Assembly (NCBI GenBank): GCA_046761065.1
Contig: JBHIFL010000047.1
Location: 1-34,995 of the forward strand
DNA from: Candidatus Heimdallarchaeota archaeon
Lineage (GTDB): Archaea > Asgardarchaeota > Wukongarchaeia > Wukongarchaeales > JBHIFL01
Length of the DNA: 34,995 nucleotides
Reading direction: 5' to 3'
How positions within the stretch are numbered: the stretch's first letter is position 1; each line of letters starts with the position of its first letter. The notes below the pieces were generated by a model. The model was not told the origin of the DNA. It saw only the letters and a program-made list of their open reading frames with translations, and ran no database searches. A program made the position numbers and the translations under genes. This document shows positions 17,331-27,853 of the stretch, piece after piece.

Positions 17331-19586
17331 CTATTCGGAGTACTTACTATCTACTATCTCGCGAATTATCGCTGCTATGCTTGGACCCACCCCTTTAACC
17401 ATTTGTAACTCCTCTTTTGATGCGAGAAGAATGTTTTTGGGAGTTTTTAATTCATGAAGAAGTCGTGTTGCAAGAACTGAATTAACGTTTGGAAAAGCCG
17501 CAATGATTCGCTTTTGCCGCTCAGGTAAGGCTATGGGAACCTTTTCTGTTGTAATCCGTGGAATTTGTGTTTTTGGGCTTAGAACTCTTCGTGCTATCGC
17601 TGCTATCAAATCAGCAGTCTCTTCAGGCCCTCTTGAAGGTAAAATAGTTAGCTTAAAATCAATAAAAAGACTCGCAATCGCTCCTTTAAGCGCCTTTTGA
17701 TCAATTGCTCGGTGAGAAGTGAAAGGTTTTTCCCCTTCAATGATGAGAACGCCCCTATCATACATCCCAGCCATGTTCTTTGCTTCTCGGAACAACCTAC
17801 CATCAAAAATGCTTTGAACAAAATCTTCAGTGGTCTTTCGTTCAATCGCAACGTCACCTATAACGTAATCCCCTACTAGAAGCTGTTTGAGTTTCGTATT
17901 AAAACCAAGATTATAGAGCTGTTTCACAACAGCAGAGTTTGTTTCTCGTCGATCAACAACTATTATGCCTTTATCTTTGTGTTCTTCAATAGAAATGTCC
18001 TTTTCGACAAATTTATCAAGGGTCCGCTGCGTTCGTTCGATTTTCAGCTGTTTCGAATAATCTTCTACCAATTTCATCATCTTATACATCTCTTTCTCCT
18101 TCCTCTTTGAAATCCAGTAGATACCTTCTTCTTGTGTCCCTTGAGTTACTAAAACAACGACTCTTCCGGGAAATTTTCGACCAGTTCTACCCCGACGCTG
18201 AATGGTTCGGATAGGGCTGACGGCATCAAAAAAGATCACAAGATCGCAGGTTGTAATATCAATTCCCTCTTCTCCAATGTTTGTCGCTAAAAGTACATTG
18301 ATTATTCCATCTCTAAATGCTTTTAGTGTTGAATACTGCTCTTCTTGGGTCATTCCACGATCCTGGTCTTTTGACTTTTGGCCTATGAATATATGGGACT
18401 TTACCGTGGAATCCCCAATTAACTCTTGATTAAGAAGTTTTAAGGTTATCCTGAATCGAGAAAAGATTAGAATTCGAGAATTTGGATTCCGTACAAATTG
18501 TCGGACTATGATTTCCTTTACTTTTCTAAATTTCGGATGAAGATGCTCTCTTTCAGCTAGTTTTTCGGTATAATAAAGTGTTTTTTTAAAGGAAGTATTA
18601 TCTATCAGATTGCGGAGCGCTTGGGTCTGCTTTCTTTTAGTAAGATTATTTAGATATCCACTAAACGCCTTTATCCCTTGAGTTTCGAGAAGTTCTTTTC
18701 CATGGAGTAGCCGAATTGTATTGCTTGCAGCACCTAAGGCTTCAAAATGGAAGGATGAAGGTTGAACACCATCTTGAATTTTCTGTTGGATCTTTTTTTG
18801 CACCTCTAAGACATCTTTTTTTCGAAGTTTAGTTAAGGAGAGTCGAAATCCACTTTCCTCTAAAAGTTTCAGCTGATCGGCTATGCATTGCTTCAATAGG
18901 TTTTGTAGGTTTTGAAATTCCTTGGATAGCTTTACACGGATTAGTTCTACTTCTACAGGCTGGACATAGGGCTGAACATCTGGATCTTTTTCTGTTCGTG
19001 ATTCAATGTTTTTGATGTCTAATATATCACATAATGATTTAATCTCTTCAAACGAAGTACCAGGAGATGCAGTAAATGCGGAAATAAGGGGATTCTCAGC
19101 TTGTTTTAAGTAGGTCTTGGCAACAAAAACATAAGCATAATTCCCTCGCGTTTTATGGGCCTCATCAATTTCCAAGGAGATACACTTCTCAAGACGGACT
19201 ATGCCTGAAATTATATCATTTTGCACGATCTGTGGAGTAGCAATCACAATTTTCGCTTTTTTCCAAATAGCTTGTCGGTTTTTTGGCACGATCTCCCCTG
19301 TTAAGCTCTGAACCATCTCGGGATCTGTTAGGATCCTCTGAAATGTCTCCTTATGCTGTTCTACTAAGGGTTTTGAAGGTGCTAAAATTATAACGAACCC
19401 TTGAGCGTTTTTTTTCAAGCGTAGTAAAGCAATTAAAAGCATAATTGTCGTTTTACCTAAACCGGTTGGCAAAACAACCAAAGTATTCTCCTTGGCGCAA
19501 CTTGCGAGGATTGTTTGCTGATAAACTCGTGCTTCTATAGTCTCTGGTTTAATTTGTGAATGAACAATGAATTTTATGTCATTCAT
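17331..19586 (-). CDS. hef: Hef helicase/nuclease (FANCM/Mph1-type SF2 helicase + ERCC4/XPF nuclease + HhH)
   Basis: EARVYQ, VVLPTGLGKT, DEAH, TASPG, GEEGID, QRRGRTGR. Nuclease VDRRE, GDY, ERKT. C-terminal VKGVG HhH. Confidence 0.95.
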   Translation of the reverse strand: MNDIKFIVHSQIKPETIEARVYQQTILASCAKENTLVVLPTGLGKTTIMLLIALLRLKKNAQGFVIILAPSKPLVEQHKETFQRILTDPEMVQSLTGEIVPKNRQAIWKKAKIVIATPQIVQNDIISGIVRLEKCISLEIDEAHKTRGNYAYVFVAKTYLKQAENPLISAFTASPGTSFEEIKSLCDILDIKNIESRTEKDPDVQPYVQPVEVELIRVKLSKEFQNLQNLLKQCIADQLKLLEESGFRLSLTKLRKKDVLEVQKKIQQKIQDGVQPSSFHFEALGAASNTIRLLHGKELLETQGIKAFSGYLNNLTKRKQTQALRNLIDNTSFKKTLYYTEKLAEREHLHPKFRKVKEIIVRQFVRNPNSRILIFSRFRITLKLLNQELIGDSTVKSHIFIGQKSKDQDRGMTQEEQYSTLKAFRDGIINVLLATNIGEEGIDITTCDLVIFFDAVSPIRTIQRRGRTGRKFPGRVVVLVTQGTQEEGIYWISKRKEKEMYKMMKLVEDYSKQLKIERTQRTLDKFVEKDISIEEHKDKGIIVVDRRETNSAVVKQLYNLGFNTKLKQLLVGDYVIGDVAIERKTTEDFVQSIFDGRLFREAKNMAGMYDRGVLIIEGEKPFTSHRAIDQKALKGAIASLFIDFKLTILPSRGPEETADLIAAIARRVLSPKTQIPRITTEKVPIALPERQKRIIAAFPNVNSVLATRLLHELKTPKNILLASKEELQMVKGVGPSIAAIIREIVDSKYSE

Positions 19587-19650
19587 TTGGATCTCAACAT
19601 ATCAATCTTCAAGTATGTATATGAAAACTCTTTTTATCATATAACACCTC

Positions 19651-19994
19651 GCAGAAGACGCCGCTCCTTGGAGCAGGGATGAAGGCGACCCTTTAAATGC
19701 CTTTTCCCCACCAACAATAGAACGCATCAGATGCTCTCTCTTAAAGAGGAAGGTTACCCAACGGCATGGACAGAAAACCCAGTTCGAGTGTACAAGTTTC
19801 GCGTGTAGAGCTGGAGAAATAGGATTGGCTCCTTGCCTGGGATAGGAAACCATGTGAACCAGCCCAGAGGGTGCTCACCTCCCCATATAGCCATCTAGTC
19901 GGCGTATGGCATCCCCTAACAGGAAATCGACGTGATCTCAGACACAAAAGGCAGAGAGAGAGTGAAGCTCCGTCCTTTCAACAGAACAGTTCAC
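19651..19994 (+). mobile_element. Non-autonomous, internally deleted IS200/IS605 (tnpB-type) element, about 344 bp
   Basis: Left end GCAGAAGACGCCGCTCCTTGGAGCAGGGATGAAG resembles the left end of the element at 29802 (-). TnpB N-terminal relic VRVYKFRV* ends at 19808. Right end GAAGCTCCGTCC...AGTTCAC. Confidence 0.7.
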
Positions 19995-20333
19995 AGAAAG
20001 AGGATTTGCTGCATTACTGCAAGGTTAGCTTTTCTGTTTCAAAACGATTTATTTTGAAGCATTTAGGAGTACTATGTCAATATATTTATTAAATAGGCAT
20101 GATTAAAGGTTAAAAATAGTTTTAATCCTTTTAAATACCTTTTTGAACATTTCACAAGGATAAGCGATTGATTATATTCCTTGCTTATAAGCGAAATTTT
20201 GTATCCTATTATAAATTTAGAAATTATAGATAAAATTATTATCAGATTTTTTAAATATTAAATTTATAAGATATAAGTCTTAAATTATAATAATTAGTCA
20301 AACCCATTGACAATCAACAGGGAGGACTAACCT

Positions 20334-21260
20334 ATGCTCCGTGCACTATTGCTCTACCTTTCGCATGCGAAATGGGCCAGAGACGTTGTTATGAAGAGGA
20401 GGTTGGCCCAGCGGGTGACGCGGCGCTTCGTATCTGGGGAGACAGAAGATGAGGCAATTGAGGTCATCCGCAGGTTGAATAGTTTAGGTATCTTTGCCAC
20501 GGTGGATATCCTCGGTGAGAGCACTACCAACTTGGACGAAGCACGCCATGCCACTAATGCCTATCTTCATCTAATTACGCGAATCTCGCGGGAGAAACTC
20601 CTATCGTGGATCTCAATAAAGCTTACCGCGTTGGGGTTAGACATTGACCTACAGCTATGTCTCGAAAACATGCAGCGTATCCTCCATTCAGCCCGCGAGC
20701 ACGATATCTACGTTACTATTGACATGGAGAATCACAGCTATACCCAACGCACGATTGACCTGTTCCACGACCTACGGGCTGAAAACTTCAATAATGTGCG
20801 GATAGCGATCCAGTCATACCTTTACCGCAGTGAAAAGGATATTATCACGCTTGTTGGAGAATCCGCTGGCATACGCCTGTGCAAAGGGGGCTATAAAGAG
20901 CCGATTAGCGTCGCCTATCCTAAGAAGCGTGATGTGGATGCCGCTTACTTACGACAGATGAAAATTCTGCTCAAGGCGGCGAAAGAAAACCATGGATACC
21001 CCGGCATTGCTACTCACGACATAAAAATCATCGAGGTGGCTAAATCCTATGCCACTGAGAATAACATCCCACATGATTGCTTTGAGTTTCAGATGCTCTA
21101 TGGCATCCGCACGGTGCTGCAGGAGCAGCTTGCCGCAGAGGGCTACAGGATGCGTATCTACGTACCGTTCGGCACACAATGGTATCCTTACTTCATACGT
21201 CGCCTAGCTGAACGCCCAGCAAATCTGTGGTTCTTTGTCAGCAACTTCTTGCGAAGGTAG
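20334..21260 (+). CDS. putB: Monofunctional FAD-dependent proline dehydrogenase (bacterial PRODH type)
   Basis: RRFVSGE, SIKLTALG, IDME, IQSYLYR, IRLCKGGYKE, IATHD, FEFQMLYGIR, YVPFG..WYPYF.RRLAERPAN. GGAGG SD. Confidence 0.95.
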   Translation: MLRALLLYLSHAKWARDVVMKRRLAQRVTRRFVSGETEDEAIEVIRRLNSLGIFATVDILGESTTNLDEARHATNAYLHLITRISREKLLSWISIKLTALGLDIDLQLCLENMQRILHSAREHDIYVTIDMENHSYTQRTIDLFHDLRAENFNNVRIAIQSYLYRSEKDIITLVGESAGIRLCKGGYKEPISVAYPKKRDVDAAYLRQMKILLKAAKENHGYPGIATHDIKIIEVAKSYATENNIPHDCFEFQMLYGIRTVLQEQLAAEGYRMRIYVPFGTQWYPYFIRRLAERPANLWFFVSNFLRR

Positions 21261-22127
21261 TTAAGAGGAGATGCAAGAGGGTGAAAGACTTGCTAAGTGA
21301 TCTGCAGCATTGGTTTCTATAAAAACTGGTCGATGATAAAAAATCAGTATATTCTGTTCTGCTAATGGCGACACTGAGAATTTCAGCATTAAAACAAATG
21401 ATGGGGAACCATAAAGAAACAATGAGAAATGGAAGGGATTTTTGGTTTTATTACTAATATTGTACTTTAGCGAAGAATATGTCACCAACATGGTGCCTAA
21501 TTTTTTCTCCTTGGGAACACTTTCCAACCCTGACTTCGCCAAATTCTCAAGAAAACAGGACTATATGGTTAGAAGAGAATCAAAACAGAGAGAAACGTGA
21601 CTGGTAGGTTCTTTTTGGGTGTATTAGTCCGTTCGTAGCTCTTCCAACTTAGTTTGCGCGTTTCTTCAATCATCTAGAGTCCTTATCTAACATATTCATA
21701 ACATTTTTTAGAAGATCAAGAATTGCTCTCATGTGAGTTTTAAGTTTACACCGCTTTTCGAGATGTAAAAAAAAATCGATAATGATCAAGCCATACCAAA
21801 TAAAAAATTAGAGAACAAAGGAAAATATTTGGAAATTGATGCTATTGGAGCATTCCTTCATTATAAAAATTGTAATGCTATCTCTCCCAAAACCAAAATT
21901 GGGGTGATTATAATCTTTTAGCTCGTTGATGCTTTTTCTGCTTCATAATAGTCTTTATAATAGCTTTTTCTCTCTTCTCGACTTCTTCATCCTTATTTTG
22001 AGTTATGAATAATACTATAAAGATGAACAGAAATCTAAATGAAGTGATACCATTATTATATTGAATGCCATAAATTTATACTATAAAAATTAATGCTCAC
22101 AAACACTATGCGTATTTGAAGCTCCTT

Positions 22128-22654
22128 CTAATAGGGTTCTAGTCGGGTCCCACAGCTTACGCAAACCTATCAATTCGTTTGTTTTGTTTCCCACACCCTG
22201 GACAATATGTTATGTTTAACGTGATAGCATCAGGGATTTTCAATTCCTCTGGATCCTCTATGTCCGAAGTTAGACTAAGAATTATTAACCCTACGTTTGA
22301 TAAGGCCCCCAAAATGAGGTCGACTCCGACATTGGCTTAACAAAACCCTACACATTCTACAGTGATTTCCCTCGTCAATTCGTCAATCTGCATAAAGTCG
22401 ATTGCGAAGATTCCGAGGCAGACAAAACTTGCAATCAATGTAAGGTTCTTTCTAGCCTTGTGGCCTCCCAACATGAGCCCCACAAAGAAAAGACTCATTA
22501 TGGCATCAATAAGAAACCTTTCACCTTGAAGACAAGAGGAGACACTCATTAATCCGAATATCGAAGTTACCGTTGCCCAAGGCAAAAAACAGCTAATAAC
22601 CACCACTCCAGCTAAGCCCATGCTTATTTTTTCCTTTTGTGGAAGTTCATCCAT
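22128..22654 (-). pseudogene. Disrupted membrane protein with C-terminal double zinc ribbon
   Basis: GGAGGTGA SD and TM segments. Past the in-frame TAA (22339-22337) the frame continues into another TM helix and YCPGCG. A 1-nt shift near 22165 gives CVSCGTRLEPY*. Confidence 0.7.
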
Positions 22655-23057
22655 TGACTAGTTCACCTCCGTCACAATAATTACAGTGATCTGTGTGATA
22701 TCTATCTTGATAACTGCTTTCACTTCCTTCGCAAGGTTCTCTACAATTTTCTTTTTTATTCGATCTTTTTCCTCTTGTAGGAACACGTTGGGCTCGTAAT
22801 TTCAACTGTCAGCTTTTATTCACCATCTCCCATTTCTTCTTAGTCAGGTCCCATCAGAGCACCGAACCTTTAACCCAAGGGTGTTTCATTCATTTTTTAT
22901 CGATTTATTTCCAGGTGAACATAATATGAGAATGTTTTGATGGCTATCTAGTATTTTTACATTAATTAGCCAACTGAAATTATCAATGAACGTCGGAACG
23001 CGGTGTTATTACACTCCTTGCCTTGTCACAACTCGGTCGGACAACAATAGATAAAAG

Positions 23058-23813
23058 GTGCTACTAAATCGAACAGAAATGGAGGCTGTGTGGAGAATGA
23101 CGAGCTATTGGATGGTCGGACTATGGATGCTGGGCTCGCTGAGTGTGGGGCTTGTCAGCGCGGTACTTGCAAAATATTACGGAAAAGAAGCCTTGACAGC
23201 CGGATTTATCTCTTTACTTTTAATGAGCAATATTGTGGCCGTTAAGATCGTGGATTTTAGCCGTTGGAATGTTCCCGCTGCGATTCTTATCTATAGTAGC
23301 ACTTTTCTGGTGACAGACTTGCTAACGGAATTTTATGGCCGAAGGGAAGCCCAGAAAACAGTTCTAATGGGTTTTTACGCAAATATTGTCATGGTCTTCT
23401 CTATTTGGGTTGCCCTCTCTTGGACGGCGGCTCCCTTTTGGGAGGGGCAGGAAGCGATGGAACTCGTCCTCGGACTTGTTCCAAGAATCGTGGTAGCTAG
23501 TATGGTTGGCTATCTGGTCTCTCAAAATTGCGAAGTCTTGGTGTTCCATTTTTGGAAGGTATGGTTCAAGGGGAAGCGCTTGTGGCTCCGAAATAACGTG
23601 ACATCATTGATAACGATGCTCATCGATACCATCATCTTCATTCCCCTTGCGTTTTATGGAACCTTCCCTAACGAAGTCATTATAGATCTGATCACTGGAC
23701 AATATATCGTCAAGCTCATTGTCGCGGCGCTGGATACGGCCTTCATCTATGCGGTCCATGACCTCTATAAGTGGCTGCCCGAGCGACCTCCAATCTCTCT
23801 CCCTTTCGCTTGA
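23058..23813 (+). CDS. yhhQ: Queuosine/archaeosine precursor (preQ0/preQ1) transporter, YhhQ/VUT family
   Basis: SNIVAVK, FLVTDLLTEFYG..EA...V..GF, PRIVVAS..GYLVSQ, LWLRNN.T....LIDT..FI.LAF. Start probably ATG 23079 or 23097. Confidence 0.9.
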   Translation: MLLNRTEMEAVWRMTSYWMVGLWMLGSLSVGLVSAVLAKYYGKEALTAGFISLLLMSNIVAVKIVDFSRWNVPAAILIYSSTFLVTDLLTEFYGRREAQKTVLMGFYANIVMVFSIWVALSWTAAPFWEGQEAMELVLGLVPRIVVASMVGYLVSQNCEVLVFHFWKVWFKGKRLWLRNNVTSLITMLIDTIIFIPLAFYGTFPNEVIIDLITGQYIVKLIVAALDTAFIYAVHDLYKWLPERPPISLPFA

Positions 23814-24272
23814 TCCGTGAGGAAGTAACGTAATGACTGTAACTGAAGAGAACCGGGAACTAAAGGTAGCAGTGTAAAGAACTCTTCTTACTACCATTGT
23901 ATCTTGATAGTATTGTTGAGAATGACTTGTAGGTTCAATTACTATACCAATTTCTAGTTTAATAGAACAGTCAGAGCATTATTCGATTGGGACGGACTCA
24001 AGGTAATTTTTCACACAGATCACAGAAAAGAAAAACGAATCCTCCCTTAGGACATAATTTAAGCTTAAATGAAAAGGACGAGTAAGTGTTGAATATAAAT
24101 GAAATTGTAAGAGTTCTGGGGTACTTCTTGATTCTCGTGAGATTTCTTTGGGAGGCATTAGCCATTGCAGGGAAAACTGCCTCTCAATAAAAAAAGAACC
24201 ATATAGATAGTGGGCAATCCATATGATAAAAGAGATATTTTTCATTATCCTGAGTATTCTCATCATAACCTT

Positions 24273-24300
24273 GGGCTCGTGATTTCCTCACGAGCCTTTT
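24273..24300 (+). terminator. Isolated GC hairpin with T tail (terminator-like or REP-like)
   Basis: GGCTCGTGA-TTTCC-TCACGAGCC-TTTT, a perfect 9-bp stem. Confidence 0.4.
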
Positions 24301-24529
24301 AGGCATTTCACGGTCTTCAAGTCATTACTTTGCCAGAGAAAGAAAGATGTATGTTTGTAAAATTATGGAATTAAGAAAATTTTTGATTTAAAGATTACGG
24401 CTCTTTGCATGATCCTAACCCTAAACTATAAACCCTAAACCACAACAAATCTTCAAAAGAGCAAGAAATAAACGGTTAAATTTGTTTTATTATATATATC
24501 AATCTTGCTTGGAACAATGAGGAGATTAT

Positions 24530-26608
24530 ATGAGAAATAGAATTCTTGAGCATCCTATCCTTACAGTATCAGAAGGTAAACGAGTGACTTTTCGTTTCAA
24601 TGGGGAAAAAATGACGGGGTTTGAGGGGATGATGATTTCATCTGCTCTTTTCATGAATGGTGTTAAGACGTTTGGGCATCATCCCAAAGATCTAAGCCCC
24701 CAAGGCATTTTTTGCGCTAATGGTCAATGTGCTCAATGCTTGCTCATAGTCAATGGGACACCAATGAAATCGTGTATGACTCTTCTTGAAGAAGGTATGA
24801 GAATAGAGAGTTGTAACGGGTTACCTAAGCTTCCCGCCGAAGATCACCCTATTGTAGTTGGCAATGTTCCTATAATCGAAATTGAAGTGCTGGTCATTGG
24901 TGCTGGCCCTGCAGGACTCTCTGCAACTAAGACCCTCGGTGAGAAAGGGGTTCAAGTCCTTCTAATCGACGATAAGAATAGACTTGGAGGGAAATTAGTT
25001 CTCCAAACACACAAGTTCTTTGGTTCGACTCAAGAGGTCTATGCTGGGACACGTGGGATAGAAATTGCAGTCATCCTATCTAACGCTGTTAAAACACTTT
25101 CAACTGTAGAAATATGGCTTTCTAGTACTGCCCTTGCAATTTTTAGTGACGGATTGGTTGGGGTTCTCAAGAACAATCGCGATTATGTATTAGTCAAACC
25201 CCAGAAGCTTTTAATTGCTACTGGAGCCCGAGAAAAAATGTTAATGTTCCCAGGGAATACTTTACCAGGAGTTTATGGGGCGGGGGCATTTCAGACATTA
25301 GTTAACCGCGATTTAGTCAAAGCGGCAGAGCAGGTTTTTATTGTGGGAGGAGGCAATGTTGGCTTAATATCAGGCTATCATGCGCTGCAAGCGGGAATAA
25401 ACGTAGTTGGACTAGTCGAAGCGTTACCAAGGTGCGGAGGCTATAAAGTCCATGAAGATAAACTGAGACGGTTGGGAGTTCCAATTTATACTCGCCATAC
25501 GATTTTATCTGCCAATGGGAAGGAGAAGGTGGAATCCGTCACAATTGGCCAATTAGATGATAACTGGCAGCCCATCCCTGGGACCGAAAAATCATTTCGT
25601 TGCGACACGGTTCTGATTGCGGTGGGGTTAGATCCCGTCGATGAATTCTACCACAAAGCTAAAGAATACGAGATAGAAGTTTGGATCGCAGGCGACGCGC
25701 AAGAGATCGCCGAGGCGTCAGCTGCTATTTTTACTGGACGAATCGAAGCGGTAAAGTGCCTTGAATCTTTAGGAGTTGAAATCGAAGAAAATATTGCGGA
25801 ACTTGAGAAAAAAGCAGAAATTTTGAAGGCTCGACCACCCGAACCCAAAGAATGCGCCTTCATACCCGAACAGGAGGAGGGGGTAGTTCCAATTTTCCAT
25901 TGTACTCAAGAGATTCCTTGTGACCCCTGTACGGCAGCCTGTCCTCAACACCAAATTACAACAATTGACGATTTGATAACGGGATTGCCCTATTTCAAAG
26001 GAGAAAAACCATGTACTGGCTGCGGAAGATGCGTGGCTGTGTGTCCTGGCCTTGCGATCACTTTAGTGGATTATAGAAAGGATAAAGATAATCCATTAGT
26101 CACTTTCCCATACGAAATGGCTATGAAGGGACCAACCAAAGGAGAAACGGTTACAATCATGAGTAATATGGGAGAACTTGGCGAATTTGAAGTTGTTCGG
26201 ACTCGAATTTTGAAGGAATATCCCAAGACGCAGCTGGTAACGGTTAAATTACCTCGTGCGATGGCAAAGTTAGTTAATGGCATTAAAGTCCAAGCCGATG
26301 AAATTAGTGAACCTATGGAAATCTATCACAAACCCAAATTGCCCGATGAAGCAATTGTGTGCCGATGTGAGCGGGTAACGGCGGGTGAGCTTCGAAAATG
26401 GATTCGGCGAGGGGTGACCGATGTCAATCAGCTGAAGGCCATCACTCGGGCAGGGATGGGAGCTTGTGGCGGTAAGATCTGTACTTCCCTAATAAATCGA
26501 TTATTCCGAGAGGAAGGAATTCCTGCCGAACAAATAACACCCGGAACATCACGTCCCCTATTTGTCGAGGTACCTTTTGGAGCCTTTGCTCGTGTGAAGG
26601 GAGATTGA
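24530..26608 (+). CDS. Dye-linked amino-acid (L-proline/sarcosine/opine-type) dehydrogenase large subunit: 2Fe-2S + FAD/NAD-binding + 4Fe-4S dicluster + BFD-like fusion
   Basis: FCANGQCAQC (2Fe-2S), VIGAGPAG, ATGARE..FPG.TLPGV, CTQEIPCDPC..AC / CTGCGRCVAVC, VCRCE...TRAGMGACGG..C. Confidence 0.9.
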   Translation: MRNRILEHPILTVSEGKRVTFRFNGEKMTGFEGMMISSALFMNGVKTFGHHPKDLSPQGIFCANGQCAQCLLIVNGTPMKSCMTLLEEGMRIESCNGLPKLPAEDHPIVVGNVPIIEIEVLVIGAGPAGLSATKTLGEKGVQVLLIDDKNRLGGKLVLQTHKFFGSTQEVYAGTRGIEIAVILSNAVKTLSTVEIWLSSTALAIFSDGLVGVLKNNRDYVLVKPQKLLIATGAREKMLMFPGNTLPGVYGAGAFQTLVNRDLVKAAEQVFIVGGGNVGLISGYHALQAGINVVGLVEALPRCGGYKVHEDKLRRLGVPIYTRHTILSANGKEKVESVTIGQLDDNWQPIPGTEKSFRCDTVLIAVGLDPVDEFYHKAKEYEIEVWIAGDAQEIAEASAAIFTGRIEAVKCLESLGVEIEENIAELEKKAEILKARPPEPKECAFIPEQEEGVVPIFHCTQEIPCDPCTAACPQHQITTIDDLITGLPYFKGEKPCTGCGRCVAVCPGLAITLVDYRKDKDNPLVTFPYEMAMKGPTKGETVTIMSNMGELGEFEVVRTRILKEYPKTQLVTVKLPRAMAKLVNGIKVQADEISEPMEIYHKPKLPDEAIVCRCERVTAGELRKWIRRGVTDVNQLKAITRAGMGACGGKICTSLINRLFREEGIPAEQITPGTSRPLFVEVPFGAFARVKGD

Positions 26609-27780
26609 AAGGCATGGTGGAATATGATTGCATTATCATCGGGGCAGGCAGTATTGGGGTTCCAGCTGCCTTGGCAATGGGGCAAGAAGGTCTGAAGCCA
26701 TTAGTTCTTGAGACATATCCTTCAGTCGGCCAAGGCGATAATAAGCATGCGATAGGCGGACTAAGGGCTACACATAGTCATAAAGCCAAGATTTGGATAT
26801 GTTTACGATCCCTTGAGATCTTTTCTACGTGGGAGGAGAGTTACGGAGATGATATTGACTGGAATCAGGGAGGATATACCTTTGTTGCTTATACCAAGAA
26901 ACATGAACAGTTATTGAAAGACACAATCCAATTTCAAAAGCAATATGGTTTGAATATTGATTGGGTCGATGCAGAGAAAATTCAAAATCTTATTCCCGGA
27001 ATTAATGGAAAGGGACTTCGTGGGGGAACCTTTAGCCCCGAAGATGGGAATGCTTCGCCTTTGTTAGCGATCAATGCGTTTTATCGACAGGCAAAAAATT
27101 TAGGGGCTGATTTCCGGTTTAAAGAAGAAGTCATAGATATTTTAACTGCGAACAATCAAGTTATTGGGGTGAACACGGCAAAAGGCACCTATCGAGCACC
27201 ATGGGTAATTAACGCGGCTGGGGCATATGCAAAAAATGTTGCGCAAATGGTAGGGGTGGATATCCCGGTCGTGCCCGACTCCCATGAAGCAGGGATTACT
27301 GAACCAGTTCATCGCTTCTTTTCTCCAATGGTTGTTGATATTCGACCAATGCAAGATGAGGTTTGGGGGTATTCCAAGAACTATTATTTCTACCAAAACG
27401 GGGAAGGACAGATTGTATTTTGCTTAACCCCCGAACCCCCAATAGTTGGAACAGATACGCGAGAAACCAGCAGATTTTTACCGCAAATCGCGAAAAGAAT
27501 GATCCAATTGCTTCCACGACTGAAAAATATCCGAATTCGCCGCACATGGCGGGGGTTGTATCCTTCGACTCCAGATGGGAATCCGATTGTAGGACCGGTT
27601 CAAGGGGTTGAAGGGTACCTAAATGCGGTCGGAATGTGTGGTCAAGGCGTGATGATAGGACCAGGACTCGGTGAGGTTTTGGCACGCTTAGTTGGTGGCA
27701 GGACCACCTCGCAAGACCATGAAATTCTGGAATGTCTTTCACTATACCGTGATTTCGGTGAGGAAGAAAAGTTAAAGTGA
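26605..27780 (+). CDS. FAD-dependent oxidoreductase (DAO family), catalytic beta subunit of the dehydrogenase
   Basis: IIGAGSIG, VINAAGAYA, RTWRGLY..TPDG.PIVG, G..GQGVM.GP..GE. Adjoins or overlaps the upstream gene. Confidence 0.9.
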   Translation: MKGMVEYDCIIIGAGSIGVPAALAMGQEGLKPLVLETYPSVGQGDNKHAIGGLRATHSHKAKIWICLRSLEIFSTWEESYGDDIDWNQGGYTFVAYTKKHEQLLKDTIQFQKQYGLNIDWVDAEKIQNLIPGINGKGLRGGTFSPEDGNASPLLAINAFYRQAKNLGADFRFKEEVIDILTANNQVIGVNTAKGTYRAPWVINAAGAYAKNVAQMVGVDIPVVPDSHEAGITEPVHRFFSPMVVDIRPMQDEVWGYSKNYYFYQNGEGQIVFCLTPEPPIVGTDTRETSRFLPQIAKRMIQLLPRLKNIRIRRTWRGLYPSTPDGNPIVGPVQGVEGYLNAVGMCGQGVMIGPGLGEVLARLVGGRTTSQDHEILECLSLYRDFGEEEKLK

Positions 27781-27853
27781 TTGAAAGTTTTTGAAAACAT
27801 CAATCGCTAGGTTGGATCTCCGGAGGAATATCTTTTCGGAGTTCCAGAGGGTA

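Noticed and set aside
19731-19965. RNase P or SRP RNA (GAGGAAGG, ACAGAAAA, long terminal stem)
   Set aside because: No P4 pairing and no SRP helix-8 motif. IS200/IS605 ends and the tnpB relic explain the region.
22337-22339. Stop-codon recoding in the Zn-ribbon membrane gene
   Set aside because: The stop is TAA, which is used as a normal stop throughout the window, and a frameshift is also needed. Pseudogenisation is simpler.
24417-24441. AACCCTAAAC twice, resembling a telomeric repeat
   Set aside because: Only two copies, compatible with chance or a local duplication.
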